A stretch of DNA of 64,000 nt from an uncultured Trueperaceae bacterium (GTDB lineage Bacteria > Deinococcota > Deinococci > Deinococcales > Trueperaceae). This document shows positions 1-9,673 of this stretch, piece by piece. The position numbers and the translations under genes were made by a program. Under the pieces are notes generated by a model that made no database searches, was not told the DNA's origin, and saw only the letters and a list, made by a program, of their open reading frames with translations. The first letter of the stretch is position 1, and every line of letters begins with the position of its first letter. Location of the stretch: positions 64,001 to 128,000 of the forward strand of contig CAVSGP010000009.1 of assembly GCA_963727505.1 (NCBI GenBank), read 5' to 3'.

Positions 1-51
1 GGCGTGCGTCGCCTCCGAAGGCTGCGTCGAGGATAGCGTCGGCGTCGCTCC

Positions 52-106
52 GCGGGTGTTCAGGTGCGGGTGTTCGGGTGCGGGTGTTCGGGTGCGGGTG
101 TTCGGG
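52..106. repeat. 14-bp tandem repeat (GCGGGTGTTCGGGT) x ~4
   Basis: Units at 52-65 (one mismatch), 66-79, 80-93 and 94-106 (partial), read directly. Confidence 0.9.
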
Positions 107-139
107 CGGTCGCCGAGCTGCGGTCGCGGCCGCGCGGGG

Positions 140-209
140 CCTGCCGCCACTCCCTGCCGCCACTCCCTGCCGCCACTCCCTGCCGCCACTCCCTGCCGCC
201 GCTCCCTGC
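140..209. repeat. 13-bp tandem repeat (CCTGCCGCCACTC) x ~5.4
   Basis: Units start at 140, 153, 166, 179, 192 (one mismatch) and 205 (partial); there are no spacers. Confidence 0.9.
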
Positions 210-285
210 GTGGGCACGACCCCGCGTCCGGCGGACGACGCCTGACGGCATGGGGTGGTCGGTGCGGCGCCACGCCACGACAGAG

Positions 286-325
286 CACGATCCCGGCGAC
301 CGCAGTTCCGGTCGCCGGGATCGTG
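286..325 (-). terminator. 17-bp perfect hairpin downstream of gltA (terminator/stabiliser)
   Basis: CACGATCCCGGCGACCG-cagttc-CGGTCGCCGGGATCGTG, about 20 nt after the gltA stop; no clear U-tract. Confidence 0.6.
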
Positions 326-344
326 GCGTTGTGGTGCGCTGGGC

Positions 345-1652
345 TCAGTCGAACGACGACGCCCGACCGACCTCGACGTGCCGTTCGCCTTCGCCGACGT
401 AGAGCTGGCGAGGACGAGAGATGCGCTGCTCGGAGTCCAGCAGGCCCTCCTGCCACTGAGCCAGCCAGCCGGGCATGCGGCCGATGGCGAACAGGACCGG
501 GAACATCTCGACGGGGAAGCCCATCGTCTGGTAGATGATTCCCGAGTAGAAGTCGACGTTCGGGTAGAGCTTGTGCGAGACGAAGTACTCGTCCTCGAGC
601 GCGATGCGCTCCAGCTCCAGGGCGACGTCGAGCAGCGGGTTGCGCCCCGTCACTTCGAAGACCTCGTCAGCGACGCTCTTGATGATCTTGGCGCGCGGGT
701 CGAAGTTCTTGTAGACGCGGTGTCCGAAACCCATCAGGCGGAATTCGCCCTGTTTGACGCGCTCGATGTAGGCGGGGACGTTCTCGACCGATCCGATGTC
801 GTTCAGCATCCGCAGGACCTTCTCGTTGGCCCCGCCGTGGAGCGGCCCGTAGAGCGCGGCCGAGGCCGCTGCGGCTGCCGAGTACGGGTCGGCCTGCGAG
901 CTTCCCACCACGCGCATGGTGCTGGCCGAGCAGTTCTGCTCATGGTCGGCGTGGAGGATGAAGAGCACGTCGAGCGCGTGCTCGAACACGGGATTGGGCC
1001 GATACTTCAGCTCGGTGGCCTTCCACATCATGTTGAGGAAGTTGCCGGGGTAGCTCAGGTCGTTGTCGGGGTAGGCGATCGGCAGGCCCGTGGCGTGCCG
1101 GTAGGCGAAGGCCGCCAGCGTCGGCATCTTGGCGATCAGCCGGATGATCTGCGTCCGACGTTGCTCCGCGTCGAAGAGGTCCTTGGCGTCCGGATAGAAC
1201 GTCGAGAGCGCGCCGAGGGTGCTGACCAGCATGCCCATCGGGTGGGCGTCGTGGTGGAAGCCGTCGATGAACGTCTTGATGTTCTCGTGGATGAAGGTGT
1301 GATGGGTGATGTCGTGTGCCCAGCCCTCGAGCTCGCCCTTGTCAGGGAGCTCGCCGTAGAGCAGCAGGTGCGCGACCTCCAGGAAGGAGCTCTCCACCGC
1401 GAGTTCCTCGATGGGGTAGCCGCGGTAGCGCAGGATGCCCTTCTCGCCGTCGATGTAGGTGATCGCGCTGCGGCAACTGGCCGTGTTCAGGAAGGCAGGA
1501 TCGTAGGACAGCAATCCGAAGTCGTCGTCCGAGGTCTTGATCTGCCGCAACGCGGTCGCCGGGATAGCGCCCTCGTTGATCGGGATCTCGTAGGTGCGGT
1601 CCGTCCGCGTGTCGGTGACCTTCAGGAGGCCGTCCTTCTTGGATCCGTCCAT
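345..1652 (-). CDS. gltA: Citrate synthase
   Basis: Motifs ILHADHEQNCS, GPLHGGAN, LMGFGHRVYK and YPNVDFYSG; ATG at 1652 with a GAGGA RBS. Confidence 0.96.
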   Translation of the reverse strand: MDGSKKDGLLKVTDTRTDRTYEIPINEGAIPATALRQIKTSDDDFGLLSYDPAFLNTASCRSAITYIDGEKGILRYRGYPIEELAVESSFLEVAHLLLYGELPDKGELEGWAHDITHHTFIHENIKTFIDGFHHDAHPMGMLVSTLGALSTFYPDAKDLFDAEQRRTQIIRLIAKMPTLAAFAYRHATGLPIAYPDNDLSYPGNFLNMMWKATELKYRPNPVFEHALDVLFILHADHEQNCSASTMRVVGSSQADPYSAAAAASAALYGPLHGGANEKVLRMLNDIGSVENVPAYIERVKQGEFRLMGFGHRVYKNFDPRAKIIKSVADEVFEVTGRNPLLDVALELERIALEDEYFVSHKLYPNVDFYSGIIYQTMGFPVEMFPVLFAIGRMPGWLAQWQEGLLDSEQRISRPRQLYVGEGERHVEVGRASSFD

Positions 1653-2225
1653 GCTTCCTCGCCCATCCTTTCTGCCCGAGGCGCGTCCATCGCCCTCCTC
1701 GTGCCCGTTCGGCCCGTCCGGCGGGGCGCTCGTGGTTGGTTGGCGCGGGGCCGCGGTCGAACGCCGATCGGTCCGCCCGTTCCGGCCCCGGCCTTCGCGG
1801 GCGGAGGTTCCAGGGAAGCTACACCTGGGATCCGTCGCGCGGGGGCCGTCCATCCGGTCACGCCGGGCTGATCGGTGCCACTACCCGTCCAGGGTATGTC
1901 CGTGCTCGAAAACGGTCCCAGGGGCAAATATCCCGATGGGGCCGATTCCGTGCAGGACAGCGTCATGGTGCAGTGGCGCGGAGCTGGGACACGGGGCGTT
2001 GCCCATCCACCGCCCGGGGGTAGGGGTCAAGAGCTTTCGTTCTTTCTCCGCTTGGCATCGGAAGGGATGGCGCGTGCGAGGCTGCCGCGTGGCTTCGCGA
2101 GTGGCTCCGGCCCGACCGGTGCTGTCGCCTCGGGGACGCCCGGGAGCGTTGCGCCGCTCTACCGTCGTGCCAGGTTCTACAGCGTTCGCGAGTGCAGGCG
2201 CCTGCGATGGAAGGGGCGGATTGCG

Positions 2226-3665
2226 ATGGAGAAGAGGAAGACCAAGGCCGTTGCGCGGTCCTTGAGCGCAGCCATCGTGTTCATCCTGCTGGTCGCAGGG
2301 ACCGCTTCCTGCCAGCGGAGCGCGCTGCAGGGGCAGGACTGGACCCGCTTCGGATGGGACGCCGCGCGCACGAACGATGGGCCGACCGCTGCCGGGATCA
2401 CGGCGGGCGACCTGGGCGCGTTGAAGCGGCAGCAGGTGCAGCTCGGGGGGACCGTCGACGGCTCGCCCATCTACCTGCACGGCGTGCAGATCGAGGGCGC
2501 TGTGCACGACGCCTTCTTCGTGACGACCATCTACGGTGAGACGCTGGCCATCGATGCGAACCGTGGGACGGTCCTGTGGCGGTTCACCCCCCCGGGATAT
2601 GCGGGCTGGGCCGGCTCCGACCGCATCACGACCGCGACGCCGGTGGCGGACCCGGACCGTCGGTACCTCTATGCCGCATCGCCCGATGGCGTCGTGCGCA
2701 AACTCGCGGTGGCGGACGGTAGCGTGCAATGGGGCACCTCCGTGACGGAGCTTCCTACCCGTGAGAAGATCGCGTCCTCGCTCAACCTCTCGCACGGTCG
2801 GGTGATCGTGACCACGGGCGGCTACATCGGCGACGCGCCCCCCTACCAGGGGCACGTCGCCGTTCTGGACAGCGGAGGCGGCCACATCGAGAACGTCTGG
2901 AACGCGCTGTGTAGCGACCGCTCCGGAATGTTCGCGCCGTCGTCGTGCTCGCAGAGCGGCGCGGCCATCTGGGGTCGGGCCGGAGCGGTCGTCGATCCCT
3001 CGAGCGGAGACCTCTTCATCGCGACGGGGAACGCACTTTGGGACGGTCATACGTTCTGGGGTGACGCCGCGCTCGAGCTCTCGCCAGACGCGGGGACGCT
3101 GCTGGGCAACTTCACGCCCAGGAACACCGATCAGCTCAACGCGCGTGACCTGGACCTCGGCTCCACTGCGCCGGTGCTGCTGGGAGATGGTCTGGTGGCG
3201 CAGGGAGGCAAGGACGGCAGCATCCGATTGCTCGACTGGAGCGCGATGCGTGGGCAGGTGCCGCACCAGGGTGGAGAGCTGCAGACGGTGTCCACTCCGT
3301 CGGGTGCCGAACTCTTCACGGCTCCGGCGGTGTGGCGCCACGGGGGCGAGACGTGGTTGATCGCGGCCGACAACGGTGGAACGGAAGCGTGGCGGTTGTC
3401 GGAGGGGCGTCTGCAAGCTGTGTGGCACAACGCCCATGCCGGTACCAGCCCGGTGCTGGCCGGCGGGCTCCTCTACGTCTACGATCCTGCGGGCGGGCTT
3501 CGCGTGGTTCAGCCCGACACCGGCCGGCTCCTTGCCGAGCTGGCGAGCGGCCCCGGTCACTGGAACAGCCCGATCGCGATCGACGGGCGCATCGCGCTCC
3601 CCGAGGGCAACGCCAATCAGCATCGAACGAGCGGCGTCCTGGATATCTGGCGCGTTGCTCGATGA
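2226..3665 (+). CDS. PQQ-binding-like beta-propeller lipoprotein
   Basis: Signal peptide with lipobox-like TASC; repeated A-x-D-x-x-x-G-x-x-x-W propeller motifs (AIDANRGTVLW, LAVADGSVQW). Confidence 0.8.
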   Translation: MEKRKTKAVARSLSAAIVFILLVAGTASCQRSALQGQDWTRFGWDAARTNDGPTAAGITAGDLGALKRQQVQLGGTVDGSPIYLHGVQIEGAVHDAFFVTTIYGETLAIDANRGTVLWRFTPPGYAGWAGSDRITTATPVADPDRRYLYAASPDGVVRKLAVADGSVQWGTSVTELPTREKIASSLNLSHGRVIVTTGGYIGDAPPYQGHVAVLDSGGGHIENVWNALCSDRSGMFAPSSCSQSGAAIWGRAGAVVDPSSGDLFIATGNALWDGHTFWGDAALELSPDAGTLLGNFTPRNTDQLNARDLDLGSTAPVLLGDGLVAQGGKDGSIRLLDWSAMRGQVPHQGGELQTVSTPSGAELFTAPAVWRHGGETWLIAADNGGTEAWRLSEGRLQAVWHNAHAGTSPVLAGGLLYVYDPAGGLRVVQPDTGRLLAELASGPGHWNSPIAIDGRIALPEGNANQHRTSGVLDIWRVAR

Positions 3666-3747
3666 TGCGCGGGGACATGTGTCCGTAGCGGGGTCTCGCG
3701 GCTTCCCGCTAGCATTCGGACAGCGCCCGAGCCAGATGTGACCCGAA

Positions 3748-3833
3748 GACCCTCCGAGGGGCCGCCCTGGCCGAGGGGAGAGCCCTCCGGGGCCGCCCGG
3801 GTAACCGGACGACCTGCCGAGTGAGCAAAGGGA
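3748..3833 (+). ncRNA. Probable Moco/Tuco riboswitch (P3-less form)
   Basis: CCCTCCGAG start; P2 GGGC...GCCC; CCGG-GTAA-CCGG GNRA stem; CCT-GC-CGAGTGA-GC-AAAGGG end, matching the Moco-motif CCTCCCG...GGAAAGG with a compensatory change. Lies directly upstream of a molybdoenzyme operon. Confidence 0.7.
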
Positions 3834-3855
3834 CCGCGATGCGGTCCCTCGTTTC
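3829..3855 (+). terminator. Candidate attenuator hairpin overlapping the riboswitch 3' strand
   Basis: AGGGACCGC-GAT-GCGGTCCCT followed by CGTTTC (weak U-tract). Confidence 0.5.
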
Positions 3856-3937
3856 ATGGTGCGGCGGGGGCGGCTTCGCGCCGCATGGGGCGGTGCGTGG
3901 GTTCCGCCGCACGGTTTCGCCGGGGACGGGAGGCCCT

Positions 3938-6685
3938 ATGGCCCAGAGCCGATGGAATCGCGGTCCCAGCCGACGCACGGTCCTGAAGGGGATCGTGCTG
4001 GGAACAGGGAGCCTGGTGTTGGGGAGGTTCCGATGGCTCCCGGAGGCGCGCGCCCAGGAGAGCTTGCAGCCGACCTGGGACCCCGCCGATTACGACTACA
4101 CGGCCTGGGAGGACCTTTACCGCAAGCGATGGACGTTCGGAGCGGCTGGGCGTAGTACGCACTCGGTCAACTGCACCGGCAGCTGCAGCTGGAAGGTCCT
4201 GGTGAAGAACGGCGTGGTGTGGCGCGACGAGCAGGCTGCCGACTACCCCGCTATCGGGCCCGATCTGCCCGACTACAACCCGCGCGGCTGCCAGAAGGGG
4301 GCCTGCGCGTCGGACTACCAGTACGGGCGGCAACGCGTGAAGTACCCTCTGAAGCGCGTCGGGGAGCGCGGTGAGGGGCGGTGGCAGCGGCTCAGTTGGG
4401 ACCAGGCGCTCACCGAGATCGCGGACCGCACGCTCGACATCATCCAGCGACACGGGCCCGAGTATCTGCACGCCTTCACGCCGATCCCGGCCATGAGCCC
4501 GGTGTCCTATGCCTCCGGGTCGCGACTGATGAACCTCCTGGGCGGCGTGTCTTTCACCTTCTACGACTGGTACTGCGACCTTCCACCCGGGGAGCCGATC
4601 ACCTGGGGCGTTCAGACGGACAGCGCCGAGTCCGCCGATTGGACGAACAGCCGCTACATCATCGCCTGGGGCTCGAACGTCAACGCCACCCGCATCCCGG
4701 ACGCGCAGATGCTCCAGAAGGCGCGGCTCCGCGGAGGGGCCAAGGTCGTGATGATCGGTACCGAGTACAACCCGACGAGCGTTCATGCCGATCAGTTCGT
4801 GCCGGTACGGCCGGGCAGCGACCTCGCGGTGGCGCTCGCGATGGACCATGTGATCCTGAGCGAGGGGCTCTACGACGTCGCCTACGTCAAGGAACAGACC
4901 GACCTCCCGTTCCTGGTGCGTGAGGACGACGGCCGCTTCCTGCGGGCGGTCGACCTCGATCCGGGCATGGCGAACGCCGACGGCGACGATGGTGGCGGCT
5001 TCTTCCTGTGGGACAGCAAGCGCGGTCTCACGGCCGTACCGAAGGACCGGCTCGCCCTCGGTGATCTCGATCCCGTGCTCGATGCCCACCAGGAAGTGCA
5101 GACGGCCGCGGGGACGGTGCGCGTCACGACGGTCTTCACGTTGTTGCAGCGCGAGCTGGCGGACAAGACGCCGGCGTGGGCGCAGCGGCAGAGCGGGTTG
5201 AACGCCGAGACCATCGCTACGCTCGCCCGCGAGTTCGCAACCACGCGACCCGCGATGATCATCCACGGGAACGGCGTCAACCAGTGGTATCACAACGACC
5301 TCGCGAACCGGGCGATGATCCTGATGGCGGCGCTGACCGGCAACGTGGGCAAGCCCGGGGGCGGGTTCAACCACTACGTGGGGCAGGAGAAGATCTGGCC
5401 GGTGGCGGGTTGGAAGGCGCTGGCTTACCCCGGCCCGCAGCGATTCCAGAACACGACCCTCTGGACCTACTGGCACAGCGAGATGCAGGATGTCGATCCA
5501 CTCTGGCCCGACCTCAAGCCTTACCTGGAGACGGCCGTCGAGAAGGGCTGGATGCCGCTGTGGCCCAACGGGCTCGAGGGCGAGCCCAAGGCGCTGTTCA
5601 CATGGCGGGCCAACTGGTTGAACCAGGCGAAGGGCAACTTGCGTGTTCTGGACAAGCTGATCCCCAAGCTAGAGCTCATCGTGGCGCTCGACTTCCGCAT
5701 GTCCTCCACCGACCTCTACGCCGATTACGTGCTGCCGGCCGCCACCTGGGCCGAGAAGTTCGACCTCAGCTCTACGGACCTCACGTCCTTCCTGATCCCG
5801 TTCACGCCGGTCGTCGCCCCCTTCGCGGAGGCCAAGACCGACTGGCAGGCCTTCCGAGCGCTCGCCGAGACGATCGAACGGCGTGCCAAGGAGCGCGGTG
5901 TTACCGCCTACGACGACATCATCGACGGCGCCACGATTCACCGCGACCTGGCCACGCTTCACGACCAGTTCACCGACGGCGGCAAGCTGCGGCTCGACAA
6001 GGACGCCGCGCAGTCCATCCTGGACGGTTCCGAAGAGACCAGGGGGTACCGTTTCGACGATCTCGTCACCCGCCCCCGCCGTTTCAAGGCTGCGAGCGAG
6101 CACTGGACGAGCGACCTGGAAGAGGGGAAGGCCTACGCGCCGTTCCAGCGCTACGTGAAGGGCAAGCGCCCGTGGCCGACGCTGACCGGACGGCAGCAGT
6201 TCTACATCGACGCTCCCTGGTATCAGGAACTCGGGGTGGCGCTGCCGACCTTCAAACCGCCGCTCGAGCTCAGCAAGCATCCTCTTCGACTCAGCACGCC
6301 CCACTACCGGCACACCATCCATTCGAGCTGGGCGATCGACCTGACGCTCCAGCGCCTGCAGTGGGGCGAGCCGTTCGTGTACCTCAACCCCGACGACGCC
6401 GGGACACGCACCATCGAGGACCATGACTGGGTGAGGGTGTTCAACGACAACGGCTCGACGCGTGTCCGGGCGCGGCTCCATCCCGCTGTGACCCCGGGTC
6501 AGGCGCTGCTCTACCAGGGCTGGGAGATGGTGCAGTTCGAGGGCCGCAGCAACTTCCAGGCGCCGATCTCCATCCACATCAACCCGACCCAGTTGGTGCG
6601 CTACGGCCACCTCCAGTTCAAGCCCAACTACTGGGGTCCGACCGGGGCCAACCGCGACACCCGCGTCGACGTCGAGAAGGCCTGA
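3938..6685 (+). CDS. Tat-exported type II DMSO reductase family molybdopterin subunit (NarG/ClrA/SerA/PcrA group; periplasmic-NarG-like)
   Basis: Tat motif SRRTVLK; FS0 motif HSVNCTGSC...YNPRGCQKG; Asp Mo ligand in FYDWYCDLP; GGAGG RBS before ATG 3938. Confidence 0.92.
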   Translation: MAQSRWNRGPSRRTVLKGIVLGTGSLVLGRFRWLPEARAQESLQPTWDPADYDYTAWEDLYRKRWTFGAAGRSTHSVNCTGSCSWKVLVKNGVVWRDEQAADYPAIGPDLPDYNPRGCQKGACASDYQYGRQRVKYPLKRVGERGEGRWQRLSWDQALTEIADRTLDIIQRHGPEYLHAFTPIPAMSPVSYASGSRLMNLLGGVSFTFYDWYCDLPPGEPITWGVQTDSAESADWTNSRYIIAWGSNVNATRIPDAQMLQKARLRGGAKVVMIGTEYNPTSVHADQFVPVRPGSDLAVALAMDHVILSEGLYDVAYVKEQTDLPFLVREDDGRFLRAVDLDPGMANADGDDGGGFFLWDSKRGLTAVPKDRLALGDLDPVLDAHQEVQTAAGTVRVTTVFTLLQRELADKTPAWAQRQSGLNAETIATLAREFATTRPAMIIHGNGVNQWYHNDLANRAMILMAALTGNVGKPGGGFNHYVGQEKIWPVAGWKALAYPGPQRFQNTTLWTYWHSEMQDVDPLWPDLKPYLETAVEKGWMPLWPNGLEGEPKALFTWRANWLNQAKGNLRVLDKLIPKLELIVALDFRMSSTDLYADYVLPAATWAEKFDLSSTDLTSFLIPFTPVVAPFAEAKTDWQAFRALAETIERRAKERGVTAYDDIIDGATIHRDLATLHDQFTDGGKLRLDKDAAQSILDGSEETRGYRFDDLVTRPRRFKAASEHWTSDLEEGKAYAPFQRYVKGKRPWPTLTGRQQFYIDAPWYQELGVALPTFKPPLELSKHPLRLSTPHYRHTIHSSWAIDLTLQRLQWGEPFVYLNPDDAGTRTIEDHDWVRVFNDNGSTRVRARLHPAVTPGQALLYQGWEMVQFEGRSNFQAPISIHINPTQLVRYGHLQFKPNYWGPTGANRDTRVDVEKA

Positions 6686-6695
6686 GGAGGAAGGC

Positions 6696-7796
6696 ATGCC
6701 CGTCCCCAAGCTCAACAAGGACGATCTCCTGAAGAGCGAGCATCAGCTCGGGATGGTCCTCGATCTGAACAAGTGCATCGGCTGCCAGACCTGCACGGTG
6801 GCGTGCAAGACGCTGTGGACCCGCGATGCCGGTCAGGAGGCGATGTACTGGATGAACGTGGAGACCCGGCCCGGCGCCGGCTATCCACGGGGCGTCGTGG
6901 CCCCCAACGGTGGGTGGACGCCCGACGGCCGGCAGGGGGTCCGCGGCCGCCTACCCACCGCCGAGGACTACGGCACGACCTACCGTTTCAACGACCAGGA
7001 GGCGCTCTTCGCGCCGGGACAGGCTCGCTTCGCGCCCGACACGGAGCCGCTCTGGGGGGTCAACTGGGACGAGGACAAGGGCGCCGGCGAGTACCCGAAC
7101 ACGTTCCTCTTCTACCTGCCACGGCTATGCAACCACTGCACGCACCCGGCCTGCGTGGAAGCCTGCCCCCGCAATGCGCTGTACAAGCGCAACCGGGACG
7201 GCATCGTGCTGCTCGACCAGGAGCGCTGCCACGGCTACCGGTTCTGCGTGGAGGCTTGCCCCTACAAGAAGATCTACTGGAACCACGTGGCCAAGGTGTC
7301 GCAGAAGTGCATCTTCTGCTACCCGCGGATCGACGAGGGCATCCCTACGGCCTGCAGCACCCAGTGCGTCGGCCAGGTGCGCTTCGTGGGGTTGGTGGAC
7401 GACCCGAAGAGCCCGCTCTACGACCTGATCCACACCTGGAAGGTGGCGCTGCCGTTGCTCCCCGGGCACGGCACCCAGCCGAACGTCTACTACGTGCCGC
7501 CGACGGCGCCCGAGGCCGTCGATGCCGACGGAAGGCCCACCGGCGAACGCCGCATCCCCCTGAGCTACCTCGAGCAACTCTTCGGCGACGGCGTGGGGGC
7601 GGCGCTGGACACGCTCGAGGGCGAGCTCGGCAAGCTGCGTCGCGGCGAGGCTTCCGACTTGATGCGGCTTCTCACCGTGGACCGCTACCAGGATCTGTTC
7701 ACGTTGCCGACCGCTCCGAGCAACGACACCTGGTTCGGCGCCTTCGCCGCGCCGGGCGGCACGCCCACCCGCGCGCCCTCCGAGACGGAGCCTTGA
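6696..7796 (+). CDS. Fe-S beta subunit (NarH/ClrB/SerB type)
   Basis: Four Cys groups: CIGCQTCTVAC, CNHCTHPACVEAC, CHGYRFCVEAC (3Fe-4S type) and CIFC...CSTQC; GAGGAGG RBS. Confidence 0.93.
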   Translation: MPVPKLNKDDLLKSEHQLGMVLDLNKCIGCQTCTVACKTLWTRDAGQEAMYWMNVETRPGAGYPRGVVAPNGGWTPDGRQGVRGRLPTAEDYGTTYRFNDQEALFAPGQARFAPDTEPLWGVNWDEDKGAGEYPNTFLFYLPRLCNHCTHPACVEACPRNALYKRNRDGIVLLDQERCHGYRFCVEACPYKKIYWNHVAKVSQKCIFCYPRIDEGIPTACSTQCVGQVRFVGLVDDPKSPLYDLIHTWKVALPLLPGHGTQPNVYYVPPTAPEAVDADGRPTGERRIPLSYLEQLFGDGVGAALDTLEGELGKLRRGEASDLMRLLTVDRYQDLFTLPTAPSNDTWFGAFAAPGGTPTRAPSETEP

Positions 7797-7797
7797 C

Positions 7798-8442
7798 ATG
7801 CAGGCGAATCGTGTGACCGTCGACCGTAAGGCGCTGCTCGACCCGTCGGACGCCGCGTGGAGCGGGGCGCCCGCACAGGTGTTGCAGCTCGTGAGGGCGC
7901 CACTCACGATGCAACCCAGCCCCTGGATGCAGGGCGCATTCCAGGATCTCACCTGGGGCGATCTGGTACGCGCTGAGCTGCGGCTCGTGCACAACGGCGA
8001 GGTCCTCGCGGCGCGGGTGTCGTGGGCCGTCCCCGTGAGCGCAGAGCGATCGCTGGGCGCCAACGAGTTCCCGGACGCCTGCGCCGTGATGTTCCCGTTC
8101 GTTCGGGACGCCTCGATCTTCATGGGGGCAGAGAACGCATGGGTCAACATGTGGCTCTGGCGCGCCGACGGCCACGGGCCCTTCGCGGTGACCGCCGCCG
8201 GCATCGGAACCTCTCAGCGCGTCGACGACGGTGTCCTCGAGGCCGCCGGCGCCTATCGTGACGGCACCTGGGAGGTGGTGTTGACGCGCGCGCTCGACCC
8301 CGGCAACGGCCGCGACCACGTGCCGCTGCGGCCGGGCGCACGTTGGCAAGTGTCGCTGGCCCTGTGGCACGGAGCGCGTGCCGAACGAGCCGGAATCAAG
8401 TCGTTCAGCCCGACGTGGACCGAGCTGGAGATCGCCGGATGA
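7798..8442 (+). CDS. Heme b gamma subunit (EbdC/SerC/DOMON-like)
   Basis: FPDACAVMFP, IFMG (candidate Met ligand), VNMWLWRAD, and AIW-like ALWHG..ERAGIKS (candidate Lys ligand); operon position. Confidence 0.85.
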   Translation: MQANRVTVDRKALLDPSDAAWSGAPAQVLQLVRAPLTMQPSPWMQGAFQDLTWGDLVRAELRLVHNGEVLAARVSWAVPVSAERSLGANEFPDACAVMFPFVRDASIFMGAENAWVNMWLWRADGHGPFAVTAAGIGTSQRVDDGVLEAAGAYRDGTWEVVLTRALDPGNGRDHVPLRPGARWQVSLALWHGARAERAGIKSFSPTWTELEIAG

Positions 8443-9089
8443 GTCGGGGCGCCCTTCCGGGTCCCCCCGATCCGCGCGCGCTCCTCTACCTCGGGTACGC
8501 GCGCCTGCTGGGATTCCCCGATGCGCCGCTGAGGGACTGCATCCAGAGCGGTGACGTTGCGGTCGAAGTAGCGGCGGTCCACCGGGCCGCCAGACTTGCG
8601 CCCCCCGGGAACGATCTGCTGCGGGACGTGCGGGGCGGGCTCGAGCCCGACTACATCGCCGCGTTCGAGGTCGGCGTTCCGGAGCCGCCCGTGCCGCTCT
8701 ACGAGAGCGCCTACCAGGCCGACGACAAGGCGAGTCGGCTGAGTGTGCTGGAGGACCTCGTTCGCTTCTACGAGTTCTTCGATCTGGACCTGGGCGAAGC
8801 CCCGAGCGAGGCGCCCGACCATCTCACCGTCGAGCTCGAGTTCATGGCGGCGCTGGCGCAGATGGAGGCGTTGGCTGCCGGTGAGGGCGCGGACCGCGCC
8901 CCCTTCCGGCTGGCCCAGCGTGACTTCCTCGATCGCCATTTGCTCGGGTTCCTGCGACGCATCTGCGCGCGCGCCCTACCTGACGGGTTCTACGCCGGGG
9001 CGCTCCACGCCCTGAGGCGCGCCGTCGAACAGGATCGTGCGGCGCTCACGCCCGAGGTCGAGGACGGGGAGGTGCCGGCAGACGCCTGA
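8439..9089 (+). CDS. TorD/NarJ-family maturation chaperone
   Basis: PLYESAY, FYEFFDL and EAPDHLTVELEFMA motifs; ATGA overlap with the gamma gene. Confidence 0.88.
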   Translation: MSRGALPGPPDPRALLYLGYARLLGFPDAPLRDCIQSGDVAVEVAAVHRAARLAPPGNDLLRDVRGGLEPDYIAAFEVGVPEPPVPLYESAYQADDKASRLSVLEDLVRFYEFFDLDLGEAPSEAPDHLTVELEFMAALAQMEALAAGEGADRAPFRLAQRDFLDRHLLGFLRRICARALPDGFYAGALHALRRAVEQDRAALTPEVEDGEVPADA

Positions 9090-9211
9090 CCGGGTCGGGT
9101 GCGCAAGGTGGAAGGCGGGTTGCGGGTGTCCGGCACGGCACATGGGGTCCGCCGCTGACCTCCACGCCCCGTGTCCGTCGCATCGCCGACGATCGCGCGA
9201 GGAGATCGCTT

Positions 9212-9673
9212 TCAGCCGTTCCCCGCCAGGGTAGCCCCCAGCTCGTCATCGGTCGGCGCCGAGCCAGCGGCGGCGTGCTCGACGAGCAGCCGGCTCATGC
9301 GCTCCAGCGCGTCCCGCGTGTGTCGCCAGGTGGCCACGTCCCGGCCGCTGGGGTCGGGCACGCTCACGTGCCGGCGTACGGTCCGCGCAGGGTAGGCGGG
9401 ACAGGCCTCGTTGGCGTCGTCGCAGACGGTGAGTACGAGGTCGAACGCCCAGGGGTCGGGGATCTCGTGAAGGGTCTTGCTGGTGTGGGTGGTGAGGTCG
9501 ATGTCAGCCTCGGCCATGACGGCGATAGCGTCGGGCTTCACGCGCGTGCTCTCGGTGCCCGCGGACCAGACCTCGAGATCGAGGCCGGCGTCCCGGGCGT
9601 GCCTTCGGATCCAGCCCTCCATCATCTGGCTGCGGGCGCTGTTGTGGGTGCAGAGCACGAGCAGGCGCGTCAC
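9212..9673 (-). CDS. arsC: Arsenate reductase, LMW-PTP/thioredoxin type
   Basis: [12 protein letters not shown]-loop, [11 protein letters not shown] and PDP motif; GTGA overlap with acr3. Confidence 0.9.
   Translation of the reverse strand: MTRLLVLCTHNSARSQMMEGWIRRHARDAGLDLEVWSAGTESTRVKPDAIAVMAEADIDLTTHTSKTLHEIPDPWAFDLVLTVCDDANEACPAYPARTVRRHVSVPDPSGRDVATWRHTRDALERMSRLLVEHAAAGSAPTDDELGATLAGNG

Noticed and set aside
52..209. Possible CRISPR array
   Set aside because: Units are 13-14 bp head-to-tail with no unique spacers, and no cas genes are present.
255..1871. Long antisense or alternate-frame ORFs (also 1881-3857, 3854-5476, 10297-12381, 27517-29127, 46141-48006 and others)
   Set aside because: Typical high-GC shadow ORFs overlapping well-supported genes, with no motifs.
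3938..6685. Calling the molybdoenzyme ArrA/ArxA/AioA because of the ars neighbours
   Set aside because: The His-ligated FS0, Asp Mo ligand and heme b gamma subunit indicate type II (Nar/Ser/Clr); there is no Rieske subunit.
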